Below, one piece after another: positions 19,273-28,939 of a stretch of DNA of 64,000 nucleotides. The stretch is from Candidatus Krumholzibacteriia bacterium. GTDB taxonomy: Bacteria > Krumholzibacteriota > Krumholzibacteriia > Krumholzibacteriales > Krumholzibacteriaceae. The number at the start of each line of letters is the position of its first letter. The stretch's first letter is position 1. The DNA lies in NCBI GenBank assembly GCA_963836185.1, contig CAWIIQ010000002.1, forward strand, positions 128,001 through 192,000. Direction: 5' to 3'. Below the pieces are notes generated by a model. The model worked only from the letters and a program-made list of their open reading frames with translations. It was not told where the DNA came from and did no database searches. Both the position numbers and the translations under genes were made by a program.

Positions 19273-20251
19273 TCACAGCGAGGGATAACGTATCCCGAAT
19301 CTTTTCCCGTAATATATCCGTGTCAGGATGAACACGGCTGCCAGCACCGGTATGTATGCCGGGAACCTGAATCCCGCCGCGAGAGAGTAGGCGAGCGTGG
19401 ATATCTTGGCCGGAAGAAGTATGCCCGTTCCCGGCGATCTTTTCTTCGCCGATACCGACGCGATGATGAAGAAAAGGAGCGATACGCTCGAGCCGTATAA
19501 AGCGGGAGTGTTCCGAGTCAGTACGGACAGTGTGAGCGATCCGGCCATGAGTATCGTCGATATGATCATCCCGGCCCTGCGCCCGAGAACGACACCGCTC
19601 GTCCTGAGCCCGCACTCACGGTCGCCGTCAATATCGGCCAGGGTCGTCGAAAGGTGGACCGCCGCTACGGCGAGAGGGTAGGGGGCAAGGACTCGAGATC
19701 CCCTCGAGAGGCGCGCCGATCGCCGCCCAGCCTGCCAGTGTGTTGAGCATCCCGTTCGCGACCGCGTTCGCCAGCACGTCGAGGACCGGCCTTCTCTTGA
19801 GCCTGAAAGGCTCGAGAGAGTACGCGGCTCCGAGCGCCGCCCCGGCCAGCAGGATGAAGGTGAATCCGCGGGGGAGAAGGATCGCCGCCGCCGCGATAGA
19901 GAGGATGGTGAGTGTTCCCGCCAGCGTCCAGGCCGACTTTGCATCTATCACGCCGTGAGATATCAGAAATAGTTTTCCCGACGCCCTGTCGGCCTCGCGG
20001 TCGGTGATCTGGTTGACGATGTAGGCAGCTCCGACGATCGCGGTGAAAGACGCGATTCCGGCAAGAAGTCGGGTATAGTCGAGAGGAGCGCCGGTGGTCC
20101 TCGACGCGTGCCAGGCTCCGAGCAGGAAGAAGGTCCATACCGGTACGAGGATCATCGGACGGAGGAGGAAGACATAGTCCACCGGAGAGGGCCGCCCGGG
20201 CACCCTCGGCGGAACCCCGCCCGATCCGTCCCGCTCTATTCCCCTGTCCAT
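19273..20251 (-). pseudogene. UbiA-family prenyltransferase, split by a +1 frameshift near 19690-19700 (possibly a sequencing error)
   Basis: The N-half carries 'NQITDREADR' and 'AYSLEPFRLKRRP'; the C-half in the adjacent frame carries 'LADIDGDRECGLRT'. Together these are the two Asp-rich UbiA motifs. Confidence 0.8.
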
Positions 20252-21972
20252 TTTATGAGATGACGTTTCAGCTTGCGCGTCGGCGTCTTGGGAAGTTCCG
20301 AGTCCCTTATCTGGAATTCGTTTATGTGCTTGTAGTCCGGGAGATCGGCGAATATCTGCTTGATCTCGCCCGAGATCACCTCGTGTATCGTCTCTTCGCT
20401 GACAGATCCCTCGCCTCCGTAAGTGGAGACGATCGCGTCATAGTCGGGTACGACGATCGCGCCAGGCCGCGAGTTTCCTTTCCTGTCATCGACCGGCATG
20501 ACGATGCACTCGAGGATCATCCTGCTCGAGCCGAGAAGGGATTCCAGCTCGTCTGGGTAGACGTTCTTTCCGCCCGCCGTTACGATTATCGATTTTTTCC
20601 TGCCGACTATTGTCAGATAGCCGTCCTTGTCGAGGCGCCCGAGGTCACCGGTATAAAGAGACCCGTCCCTCAGCACTTCGGCGGTGGCCTCCGGGTTTTT
20701 GTAGTACTCTTTCATGACATTTCCGCCGCGGACGACGATCTCGCCGATACCCTCGTCATTGGGAGAGTCGATCTCCACGAATACGTTCGGCAGGGCTGGC
20801 CCGACCGTTCCGGGCCGAGGGTCGTCGAAAGGATTGACCGAGACGACAGGAGATGCCTCCGTGAGGCCGTATCCCTGCAGGACCTTGAGTCCGGCGCCCG
20901 TAAGGGCCGCTTCTACGTCCGCTCTCAGGCCTGCCGCGCCGCTGATGCAGAACCGGATATTCTGCAGGCCCGCGGCTGCTCCCGCCGCGGCAGGAGCGGT
21001 CTTTCCGCCGCTGAAGAGTTTCCCTAACCAGCCCTTGATCTTCGCGACCAGTCCCTTCTTTCCGCCGCCGGCCCCCGCACCGCCGCCGAAGAGGAGGGCG
21101 ATATGCTCGAAGAGGAGGGGTACGCCGACGACCAGCGTCACTCCTTCTCTCTGGATGTCCTCGAGGATTATACGAGGTTTGATCGAACGGGCGAATGCTA
21201 TGGTCGCTCCGCGAAAGACTGGTACGAGGAAGTTGACCATCGACGCGAAGGTATGATGCAGCGGAAGTATCGAGAGAAAAACATCGTCATTCGCTATGAA
21301 GACTCCGCTGTGGAGCGATTCTAGATCCGACATCAGGTTGCTCTGAAGAAGGACCGCTCCCTTCGGCCTCCCCGTTGTGCCGGAAGTGTAGCTGACCGCC
21401 GCGATATCGTCCGGGCGGGTCTCCGACTTCCTCTTGAAGAACGAGGCGTCGCCGCTGCTGATCTTGTCCTTGCCTGTGGCCATCACGAGGCCGAGGGTAA
21501 GGGCGCCGGGCGGCACGTCCTCGTCGCCCATCACGATGGTCTTGATGTCGCCGAGGCTCATCTGCTCGATCGATTCTATGAAGACCTTCCTGGAGGCGAC
21601 GATGAACTGCGCCTCGGAATGTATCATCAGGTGGCGGATCTCGTTTTCCTTCATTCTCGGCTCGAGAGGCACGATCACACCGCCGCACGAGGTCACGGCG
21701 GAGTAGACCAGCGTCCATTCCGGGCTGTTCTCGGCGATCAGGATGACTCTGTCACCCTTGTCGAGTCCGGCCTCGACGAGTCCGGCGCCGATAAACGAAA
21801 TGAGCTTCCCGAATTCCTGGTAGGTAATCGACTGGTATCCCCACGGGTGATGCTTCTTGAGCAGGACTGAGGGGCCGAACATGTTGATAGCATAATCGTA
21901 GAGATCTGGAAGTGTCTCGAGCCCGAGCTCATCGAACACGCCCGGACTGATCACGTCATTCTGTATCGACAT
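20236..21972 (-). CDS. Long-chain fatty acid-CoA ligase (AMP-binding)
   Basis: 'YTSGTTGRPKG', 'QGYGLTEASP', 'TGDLG', 'GRKK...GKNVYP', 'PKTPTRK'. Confidence 0.9.
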   Translation of the reverse strand: MSIQNDVISPGVFDELGLETLPDLYDYAINMFGPSVLLKKHHPWGYQSITYQEFGKLISFIGAGLVEAGLDKGDRVILIAENSPEWTLVYSAVTSCGGVIVPLEPRMKENEIRHLMIHSEAQFIVASRKVFIESIEQMSLGDIKTIVMGDEDVPPGALTLGLVMATGKDKISSGDASFFKRKSETRPDDIAAVSYTSGTTGRPKGAVLLQSNLMSDLESLHSGVFIANDDVFLSILPLHHTFASMVNFLVPVFRGATIAFARSIKPRIILEDIQREGVTLVVGVPLLFEHIALLFGGGAGAGGGKKGLVAKIKGWLGKLFSGGKTAPAAAGAAAGLQNIRFCISGAAGLRADVEAALTGAGLKVLQGYGLTEASPVVSVNPFDDPRPGTVGPALPNVFVEIDSPNDEGIGEIVVRGGNVMKEYYKNPEATAEVLRDGSLYTGDLGRLDKDGYLTIVGRKKSIIVTAGGKNVYPDELESLLGSSRMILECIVMPVDDRKGNSRPGAIVVPDYDAIVSTYGGEGSVSEETIHEVISGEIKQIFADLPDYKHINEFQIRDSELPKTPTRKLKRHLIKWTGE

Positions 21973-22085
21973 ACCTGAACCCCCCTGTATATTATCTGCT
22001 CATTCAAGGAACCGGATTCAATCTAGCACCAGTCTGTCACGGCGGGCAATTATTATTAGGACTTTTGCCGCTCGCCGGTTGCAGG

Positions 22086-22409
22086 TCATTCCGGCCCGCC
22101 ATCGAGCTTTTTCCAGAACTGATTGCTCGATGTGAGCCCCCTGACGTTTCTCGACGATTTCATGCGCGTCTTGGCTATACGATCCTTCATATCGGAAAGC
22201 TTGCGTCCGATCTTCGCGTGCAGGGTCCGAATCGGATCCTTGGCCCTGCGGCATTCGTAGAGGGAATATGTGTATTCCCTGGGGAAATGTCTCATCATCT
22301 CGAAGATGAAATCGTGAGATTCGAACTCGTTTTCCATACTGGCCAGAATCGCCTCGAATACGTCGTCTTTCAGCAGATCCATCGCGAATCCTTTCAGCCC
22401 GCCTGCCAT
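22086..22409 (-). CDS. Small hypothetical protein (start may be 22382)
   Basis: Co-oriented and overlapping the nitroreductase stop; normal composition; no motif recognised. Confidence 0.6.
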   Translation of the reverse strand: MAGGLKGFAMDLLKDDVFEAILASMENEFESHDFIFEMMRHFPREYTYSLYECRRAKDPIRTLHAKIGRKLSDMKDRIAKTRMKSSRNVRGLTSSNQFWKKLDGGPE

Positions 22410-22924
22410 CCTCCTCGATGGACCCGGGACTCGTCATACTGCGTTCGCGCTTTCTTGTCCTCGGCGGGGTGTCCTATGGCGATGAGGCTCAATATCCCGA
22501 TCTTCTCCGGGATGCCGAGGATCGCTCCGATTGCCTCGGTCCGGTCCTCGCGGGGGTGGATCCCGAGCCAGCAGGATCCGAGCCCCAGGGCTGCCGCGGC
22601 GACGAGGATATTCTCAGTCGCGGCGGAACAGTCCTGTATCCAGTAGTCAGGAGAGATGTCGATCTGGCCGCATACGGCTATTGCCGCCGTCGCCTCGAAC
22701 AGCATCTTGCCGTGCGGATGGGCGTCGGCGAGCCTGTCGAGATCTTCCCGCGAGGTCACCGTCACGAAATGCCACGGCTTGAGATTCCGGCTCGACGGCG
22801 CCGACATCCCGGCCTCGAGCAGCCCGGTCATATCGGCGTCACTGACGCGCTCATCGGTGTAGCGGCGGATGCTCCGCCTGGAGAGGATCACATCGATTGA
22901 CATACTGGTCTTCCTTTCGATCAC
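22394..22924 (-). CDS. Nitroreductase family protein
   Basis: 'RRSIRRY', 'APSSRNLKPWHF', 'QDCSAATENILVAAAALGLGSCW'. Confidence 0.92.
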   Translation of the reverse strand: MIERKTSMSIDVILSRRSIRRYTDERVSDADMTGLLEAGMSAPSSRNLKPWHFVTVTSREDLDRLADAHPHGKMLFEATAAIAVCGQIDISPDYWIQDCSAATENILVAAAALGLGSCWLGIHPREDRTEAIGAILGIPEKIGILSLIAIGHPAEDKKARTQYDESRVHRGGWQAG

Positions 22925-23739
22925 TTATCCGTTATCCCCGCGGTTCTCTGCCTCAACGCCTCGTACATCAGCACGGCCGCCGCGGCTGAGACGTTGAGGG
23001 AATCTGCGATCCCCATCATGGGGATCCTTGTCACGATATCGGGAGAATCGAGCCATATCTCGCCGGCTCCGAGCTCCTCGCTGCCCACCACCAGGGCGCA
23101 GGGTCCCGTAAGGTCCACCGATGTATAAGGAGTCTCGGCATCCGGAGATGAAGTGATGATCTTTATACCCCTCTCCCTGAGCCACCGCGCGGCTTCACCC
23201 GAATCCGCCATCGCCACCGGAACACTGAAGACCGTGCCGAGGCTGGAGCGGATGATGTTCGGGTTATAGAGGTCCGTGCGGGGATCGCTAGCTATCAGGC
23301 CGGTTATGCCGGCAGCGTCGGCTGTCCTGAGCATCGCTCCGAGGTTGCCCGGTTTCTCGACGGCGTCCGCAACGAGATAGAAAGGGTCGTCGACTTGAGG
23401 AAGCGTCGAGAGGGAATGCTCGCGCTGCCTCGCTACAGCGACGATGCTGCTCGAATCTTCCCTGATCGCGATCTTCTCCAGAACGGGCCGGGTTACCTCG
23501 ATCGTCCTGACGCCCCTCTTTCTCATCTCCTGGAGTATATCGCTTTCCTGCCCGCTGCCGACGAGTTCGGAGCAGACGAAAGCCTCCTCGATCTCCACTC
23601 CGCTGCCCAGGGCTCTCGACAACTCACGGGCCCCTTCGATCAGCATAAGTCCGCGGTTGTCCCTGTTGTGTCTCTTGCGGAGTTTCACGACCGATTTGAT
23701 CCGGGTATTCTGGATGCTGGTTATCTTTTTATCGTCCAT
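22921..23739 (-). CDS. TrmH/SpoU-family RNA 2'-O-methyltransferase
   Basis: 'ITSIQNTRIK', 'EKPGNLGAMLRTADAAG', 'VGSEELG', 'IPMMGIADSLNVS'. The start is MDDKK at 23739. Confidence 0.92.
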   Translation of the reverse strand: MDDKKITSIQNTRIKSVVKLRKRHNRDNRGLMLIEGARELSRALGSGVEIEEAFVCSELVGSGQESDILQEMRKRGVRTIEVTRPVLEKIAIREDSSSIVAVARQREHSLSTLPQVDDPFYLVADAVEKPGNLGAMLRTADAAGITGLIASDPRTDLYNPNIIRSSLGTVFSVPVAMADSGEAARWLRERGIKIITSSPDAETPYTSVDLTGPCALVVGSEELGAGEIWLDSPDIVTRIPMMGIADSLNVSAAAAVLMYEALRQRTAGITDK

Positions 23740-23830
23740 ACTCGTCCTGCGGAGCCGCCAGCCGCCTGTCTGATACATGATCATAGTCAGTGGGGACTCT
23801 CTGGAAGGGATGTTACAGAATATTCTGCGG

Positions 23831-25495
23831 TTATTCAATCCGATAGTCTTCGACCAGCCGCTCGACCCCGCGGTCGAGTTCTTCCCGCGTGAACCAGCGG
23901 CCGCGGGCCATGACGCCGATCTGGTCGCCGATATTGCTGATGTCATCGAGAGGATTCCCGGCGAGCAGCAGAAGATCGGCCCTTCTGCCTTTCTCGATCG
24001 TCCCGAAGTTGCCGTCGCGATCCATCCTGTCGACGATGACTCCGGCGTTTTTTGTCGCCATCTCGAGCAGGTCGTAAGGGGCGAATCCCGCTTCCGCCAG
24101 GATCTCGAACTGGTGGATATAGTGATACCCGGGTATGACTCCCTCGTTGGACACCGCTCCCCCGAGGGTCAGCATTACATCTCCTTCGTGGAGCGCAAGG
24201 GTCAGCTCGGTGAGGAAGGGCATCATCTCGTTCCTTCGCCAGGGCCCCTCGTTCCTGCAGCTTGTCACGTTGCGTCCCTGAGTGCGCCACATCTCGACAA
24301 GTCCGGGCGGGACAAGCCGGTATTCATCTCCATCCAGCACCGTCCCGGTATCCTCGATCAGCCGGCAGATGATCTCCTTCTCGACGATCGTCGATACCGC
24401 GCTTATATCGTTGTCCCTCAGGAGCCTGACAGTCTCGTCCATGATGGTGTAGTCATACGGATACTCTTTTTTCCTCGTTCCCCGCCTGTTCTCATCGCTG
24501 TCGCCGTATCCGAACCAGAAATGAGACTGCAGTTCGCTGACGTGGCCCAGCTCCGCCTGTCCGGATGTCGCGACGGTCTCGAGGGGGACCTGGTCCGGAA
24601 GGTGGCCTGTTACGTAGATGCCGATCCGGTTCGCCTCGTCCACGGCGGAGAGGTATGTCTCTTTATCGATGAAATCGTACATCTTTATGAAATCGTATCC
24701 CGATTCCTTCAGGCTCCGGACCTGAGCCCTGGCCTGGGATCCATTCTCGGCCACGAAGTAATGAGGCATGATCACGTATCGGCCGACGGTCATAAAGGGG
24801 ATCACCCTGAAATGCGAGAGCGCCAGGCCGATCAGGAGCAGGGCGGCAGTCGAACCGGCGAGGACCGGCACCCTGAAGATGCCGCGGATCCTTCTCGCGC
24901 GGCCCCTGCGGGCGTCGACCCTGTCTATCAGTACGAGCAGCAGCCAGACCGATATCCCGATGGCGAGGGGAAAGAGTGTTACGGCTATCCTGAACAGCCG
25001 GACGATCCTGTCCCTGCCGCGCTCCCTTCCGGAGAGCCCCATGAGAACCGGTCCGTTTGTAAGGATCGTGGGGCCCTCGAGAGTCCCGTCCGAAGTACCC
25101 TTGCGCCATTCCAGGTTGAGGCTGGTGCCGTCGAAGGACCTCACCGTCGTGATCCCGTGCGCGAGGTAGAGGAGGAGCTGGCGGGGGTCGGTATCGTGAA
25201 CGTCGAGGTGCGTATGCATGTCGGCCAGGCCGGGAATGAGAAAGGCGCCTGCGCCGTCGATGATGGTCGCTCCGTCAGGGACAGGCGTCGCTGTCGACGG
25301 CCCGATCATGCTGATCAGGCCGTTTTCGACCAGAACGGTATGGTCCTCGAGAAGAAGCTCACCATTCATCGGTATCACGTTGACATTTACGAAGGCGACT
25401 GTCTCGTCGGCGCGGGCGTGTCCCGCCCGGGAGAGAAAAAGAGCCATGGCGATGATCGCCGTGGCCATGGAATATCGGCATCGTACGGCATGCAT
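23831..25495 (-). CDS. Exported amidohydrolase-family protein with inserted TM hairpin, paralog A
   Basis: 'PGLADMHTH', 'GITTVR', 'IKMY', 'TGH', 'ELGH', 'GTIEKGRRADLLLL..NPL'. The start may be at MATAII (about 25468). Confidence 0.85.
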   Translation of the reverse strand: MHAVRCRYSMATAIIAMALFLSRAGHARADETVAFVNVNVIPMNGELLLEDHTVLVENGLISMIGPSTATPVPDGATIIDGAGAFLIPGLADMHTHLDVHDTDPRQLLLYLAHGITTVRSFDGTSLNLEWRKGTSDGTLEGPTILTNGPVLMGLSGRERGRDRIVRLFRIAVTLFPLAIGISVWLLLVLIDRVDARRGRARRIRGIFRVPVLAGSTAALLLIGLALSHFRVIPFMTVGRYVIMPHYFVAENGSQARAQVRSLKESGYDFIKMYDFIDKETYLSAVDEANRIGIYVTGHLPDQVPLETVATSGQAELGHVSELQSHFWFGYGDSDENRRGTRKKEYPYDYTIMDETVRLLRDNDISAVSTIVEKEIICRLIEDTGTVLDGDEYRLVPPGLVEMWRTQGRNVTSCRNEGPWRRNEMMPFLTELTLALHEGDVMLTLGGAVSNEGVIPGYHYIHQFEILAEAGFAPYDLLEMATKNAGVIVDRMDRDGNFGTIEKGRRADLLLLAGNPLDDISNIGDQIGVMARGRWFTREELDRGVERLVEDYRIE

Positions 25496-25501
25496 ATTGC
25501 G
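25486..25501 (+). promoter_or_regulatory. Candidate sigma54 -24/-12 promoter for the SGNH-like gene
   Basis: CGGCATGCATATTGCG = GG-N10-GC, about 85 bp before the 25586 start; nearly identical to the site at 36153. Confidence 0.45.
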
Positions 25502-25585
25502 TTCTTTCGATCCAGTCTCGCGGATAATTCACTTGAACCCCGCCGCGAGCCGTATTAAAAGGGTATCAGACAAGGGTACGTACTT

Positions 25586-26302
25586 ATGAAGAACGGTTAT
25601 ACATTATTTGTGCCAATTCCGGCGTTCCTGCTTGCGGCGATACTGCTCGCCGGCGGCTCACTGCGGGCGATGGAGGCTGAGATGACCGATAACGGCTCCA
25701 GGACGAACAGGCATGTAGTGCTTCTCGGCGCTTCTATCGGGGAGAAGTGGGATATATCCGCCCTTCCTGAAAGAACGGGCGACAAGGGATTTACATTCGA
25801 GTACGTGGGCAACTACTCCCCGGACAAGAGCGAGCTGCTCGCGGGGATCCTGTCGCGCACCGAAGGAAAGCCCGACGCGATCATCCTCAAGGAGTGCGCG
25901 GCCTATTTCCCCGGCAACGAGGAGAAACTCAAGCCGATGATCAAGGGCTGGGTAGGCGAGTGCCGCGAAGCGGGTGTCGTCCCCGCCCTGGCTACCGTCG
26001 TCCCTGTCGTCTGGTCCTTCCCGCTGAGGATATTCATCTACAACCTGTCGAAGGGTAAATGGGGCTGGCCGAAGGGGACGTTTGCCGCGGTGACCGCATT
26101 CAACGACTGGATCAGGGAATATGCCGCCTCGGAGGGGCTCGTGGTCGTCGATCTCGAGGCCGCCCTGAGAACGAGTGAAACGGACAGGCACCTCAGTGGC
26201 AGGTACGCGATAAGAGACGGGATGCATCTCAACGCGAAGGGGTACGGGCAGCTCGACTCGATGCTCGTGCCGGCAGTCTCCAGGATAGAATTTCCGGATT
26301 AA
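25586..26302 (+). CDS. Secreted SGNH/GDSL-hydrolase-like protein
   Basis: Signal peptide; block I 'LLGASIG'; C-terminal 'DGMHLNAKGY' (DxxH). Confidence 0.7.
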   Translation: MKNGYTLFVPIPAFLLAAILLAGGSLRAMEAEMTDNGSRTNRHVVLLGASIGEKWDISALPERTGDKGFTFEYVGNYSPDKSELLAGILSRTEGKPDAIILKECAAYFPGNEEKLKPMIKGWVGECREAGVVPALATVVPVVWSFPLRIFIYNLSKGKWGWPKGTFAAVTAFNDWIREYAASEGLVVVDLEAALRTSETDRHLSGRYAIRDGMHLNAKGYGQLDSMLVPAVSRIEFPD

Positions 26303-26316
26303 GTCCGTGCCGGAGC

Positions 26317-27945
26317 TCAATACGTCTCGAGGAAGTCGGAGAGCCTCCGATCGAGCTCGTTGCGGCTGTACCATCTTCCCCCCGCCATCACACCTGTTAT
26401 CTTCCGCGTACTGGATATGTCCTCGAGGGGATTCCCTTCGAGCAGGACCATGTCCGCCCTCATACCTGCCCCTATCGTGCCGAAATCGCCGTCGAAACCC
26501 ATACGGGATACGATCGATCCTGCGTTCCCCGTGCCCGCGACGAGCGCCTCGAACGGGGTCAGGCCGGCCTCGACGAGGATCTCCATCTCCCTGTGAAGAT
26601 GGTGCCCAGGCACCATACCCTCGCTGCTCGTATCCGACCCGATCACGATCGTGACCCCGGCGCGGTGCATCTGCCTGGTCAGCTCTAGGAGGAAGGGCTG
26701 CATCCTGTTTTTCCGGTAATCCCCCTGATCGCGAAGGGAGGTGACGCTTCTTCCGCTGGTGCGCCACAGCTCCACATCCTCTTTTCGTATGAGACCGTAC
26801 TCGGGGCCGGAGAGCACATCGGCGTTGTCCAGGATAAGGCGATACATCGTCTCCTTGACGGCGAGCGTCGAGATGGCTCCCATGCCGCTCTCCTTCACCA
26901 TGGCGACTGTCCCCGGGATCGCATCGTAATCGAACGCGAAGTGCCTATCCGCTCCCGGGTCCTCTTTTCCCCTGCCGTACCTGTAGCCGATCCAGTGATA
27001 TGACTGGAGCTCGTCTATATGCGCCATCTCATCCTGTCCCGACCGGAGGATGACATCGAGTGGGATCTGATCGGGAAGATGCCCCGTCACATACAGGCCG
27101 GTCTCCGAGGCCTCTGTCACCGCGGCATCGTATTCCTCGAGGGTCAGGTGGTCGTAGACCTTGAGGCAGTCGTACCCGGCCTCTTTCTGGCGCGATACCT
27201 CGCGTGCCGCCTGCGCGGGGCTCTCAGAGATGTAATAGTCGGGGGTGAGGACGAAACGGCCGGCCGTCATAAAAGGGATCGTTCCCGAATCCATCAGGAA
27301 GAAGCCGGCGGTGGCAGAGATGATGAGCAGGAGAGCGGCCGCTACGGCGTTCCTGGCGGAGAAGAGCGGGACACCGCCTGAGATCCTCTTGAGGAGAAGA
27401 ACACAGAAAAAGATAAAAAATCCGATGAGGGCGGGCGTGAGAAGGACCGCGGCTTGAAATGCCCTGATATATTTCTCGATACCGTAGTTGCCATCGAACA
27501 TCCCGCTGAGCACGGGGCCGCTGCTGTATATGGCCGGGCCGGCCAGGTCGCCGCTGGCGACCCTCTCTTTCCAGGAGAGGTTCTCCGGCGTTCCACTCAT
27601 GGCCCTGACGGTCGTGACGCCGTATGCGAGATAGATGATGAGATGATCCGGATCGCCGTCCCAGGAGGCGAGATGCGTGTGCATATCGGCCAGTCCCGGG
27701 ATAAGGTATTGCCCCCGGCCATCTATGACCGAGGCCCCTGCCGGTGGAGTGAACGAGTCCTCGTCCACGATCGCGGAGATCTTTCCTTTCTCCGTCACGA
27801 CGGCCATGCCGTCGACGACCCTCTCGGTATCCATCGGGATGATCCGCACATTCCGTATCACGGTGACCGGAGCGGAGTCCGAGGCGGACGGAAAGAGAAG
27901 GACAGCCGCCACGAAGGCCTTTGAAATATAAGAGTATAGAGACAT
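26317..27945 (-). CDS. Exported amidohydrolase-family protein with inserted TM hairpin, paralog B
   Basis: Signal peptide; 'PGLADMHTH', 'LKVY', 'TGH', 'EMAH', 'GSD', 'ADMVLLEGNPLEDI'. Confidence 0.87.
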   Translation of the reverse strand: MSLYSYISKAFVAAVLLFPSASDSAPVTVIRNVRIIPMDTERVVDGMAVVTEKGKISAIVDEDSFTPPAGASVIDGRGQYLIPGLADMHTHLASWDGDPDHLIIYLAYGVTTVRAMSGTPENLSWKERVASGDLAGPAIYSSGPVLSGMFDGNYGIEKYIRAFQAAVLLTPALIGFFIFFCVLLLKRISGGVPLFSARNAVAAALLLIISATAGFFLMDSGTIPFMTAGRFVLTPDYYISESPAQAAREVSRQKEAGYDCLKVYDHLTLEEYDAAVTEASETGLYVTGHLPDQIPLDVILRSGQDEMAHIDELQSYHWIGYRYGRGKEDPGADRHFAFDYDAIPGTVAMVKESGMGAISTLAVKETMYRLILDNADVLSGPEYGLIRKEDVELWRTSGRSVTSLRDQGDYRKNRMQPFLLELTRQMHRAGVTIVIGSDTSSEGMVPGHHLHREMEILVEAGLTPFEALVAGTGNAGSIVSRMGFDGDFGTIGAGMRADMVLLEGNPLEDISSTRKITGVMAGGRWYSRNELDRRLSDFLETY

Positions 27946-28038
27946 GCCGGATACAGTATAAGCGAGTAAATCCTTGAATAACAGGTTAATTCATGAGATA
28001 ATCTATAATACTTACAAAAAGAATCGAGGAACCGAATC

Positions 28039-28923
28039 ATGCTGAATTTTGCATTCAGACACGGATTCGTCGCTGTTGTCGTCACCACCGCGACCTTCGC
28101 GGGCTTTACCGGCGGCTGGGACGGAACGACCCCCCTGATCATCGATCATACCTGTGCCGACCTCGCCTCGGTCCCGCCTGGATACGTCGATTCAGTAAAG
28201 ACTTACATGAAACTGCACTATGCGCATACCTCGCACGGCAGCCAGCTGACTCACGGAGTGGATACGATCGAGGCGTATGACGCGTTCTACTCGGTCAACA
28301 TCGGCGACAGTTATCTGCCGGATGAATCAGGAGCATTCTGTATATTCAGGGGGCAGGAGGACAGGACGTATATAGAGCCCGAGCAGTACTGGGCCACAGC
28401 GGCGGGCATGAACGATACGCGCGACGTCCTCAATAACAACCCTCAGATCAGAGTATCGATGTTCGCTTGGTGCACCCAGCTCAGCAGCGCCACAGAGGAG
28501 TATGTACAGGCATACCTCGATTCGATGATGCAGCTCGACTCGGAGTTCCCGAACGTGACCTTCGTCTACATGACCGGTAACGCGCAGTCGGCCGGCGCGG
28601 CGGCGAACCGGTACGCGAGAAACCAGCAGATCCGTCAGCACTGCATCGATAACAACAAAGTCCTCTACGACTTCGCCGACCTGGACTGCTGGTGGTTCAA
28701 TCCGGACACCCAGGAGTGGGAATTCAATACGTACACAGATTACTGGGGAGACATCTATCCGCTGCAGCACACGCAGTATGACGGGGACGAGCTCGCGCAC
28801 ACGACGGTGGAGAGCTGCGTGCAGAAAGGCAAGGCGCTCTGGTGGATGATGGCGACGCTGTCGGGCTGGCCGACCGCAGTGGAAGAGAGTTCCTGGGGCT
28901 CGATCAAGCGGAGCTATCGCTGA
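28039..28923 (+). CDS. Secreted protein (SGNH-like motifs) with C-terminal 'SSWGSIKRSYR' tail
   Basis: Signal-like N-terminus; 'YAHTSHGSQL', 'RNQQIRQHC...LYDFADLD', late His; ends PTAVEESSWGSIKRSYR. Confidence 0.65.
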   Translation: MLNFAFRHGFVAVVVTTATFAGFTGGWDGTTPLIIDHTCADLASVPPGYVDSVKTYMKLHYAHTSHGSQLTHGVDTIEAYDAFYSVNIGDSYLPDESGAFCIFRGQEDRTYIEPEQYWATAAGMNDTRDVLNNNPQIRVSMFAWCTQLSSATEEYVQAYLDSMMQLDSEFPNVTFVYMTGNAQSAGAAANRYARNQQIRQHCIDNNKVLYDFADLDCWWFNPDTQEWEFNTYTDYWGDIYPLQHTQYDGDELAHTTVESCVQKGKALWWMMATLSGWPTAVEESSWGSIKRSYR

Positions 28924-28939
28924 CTGGAGCATCTGATCG

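Noticed and set aside
23740-23946. N-terminal extension of the TrmH ORF
   Set aside because: Overlaps the amidohydrolase 3' end; family similarity begins at MDDKK (23739).
23777-25558. 593-aa plus-strand ORF
   Set aside because: Antisense shadow of the amidohydrolase gene; no motifs, and such shadows are expected in GC-rich coding DNA.
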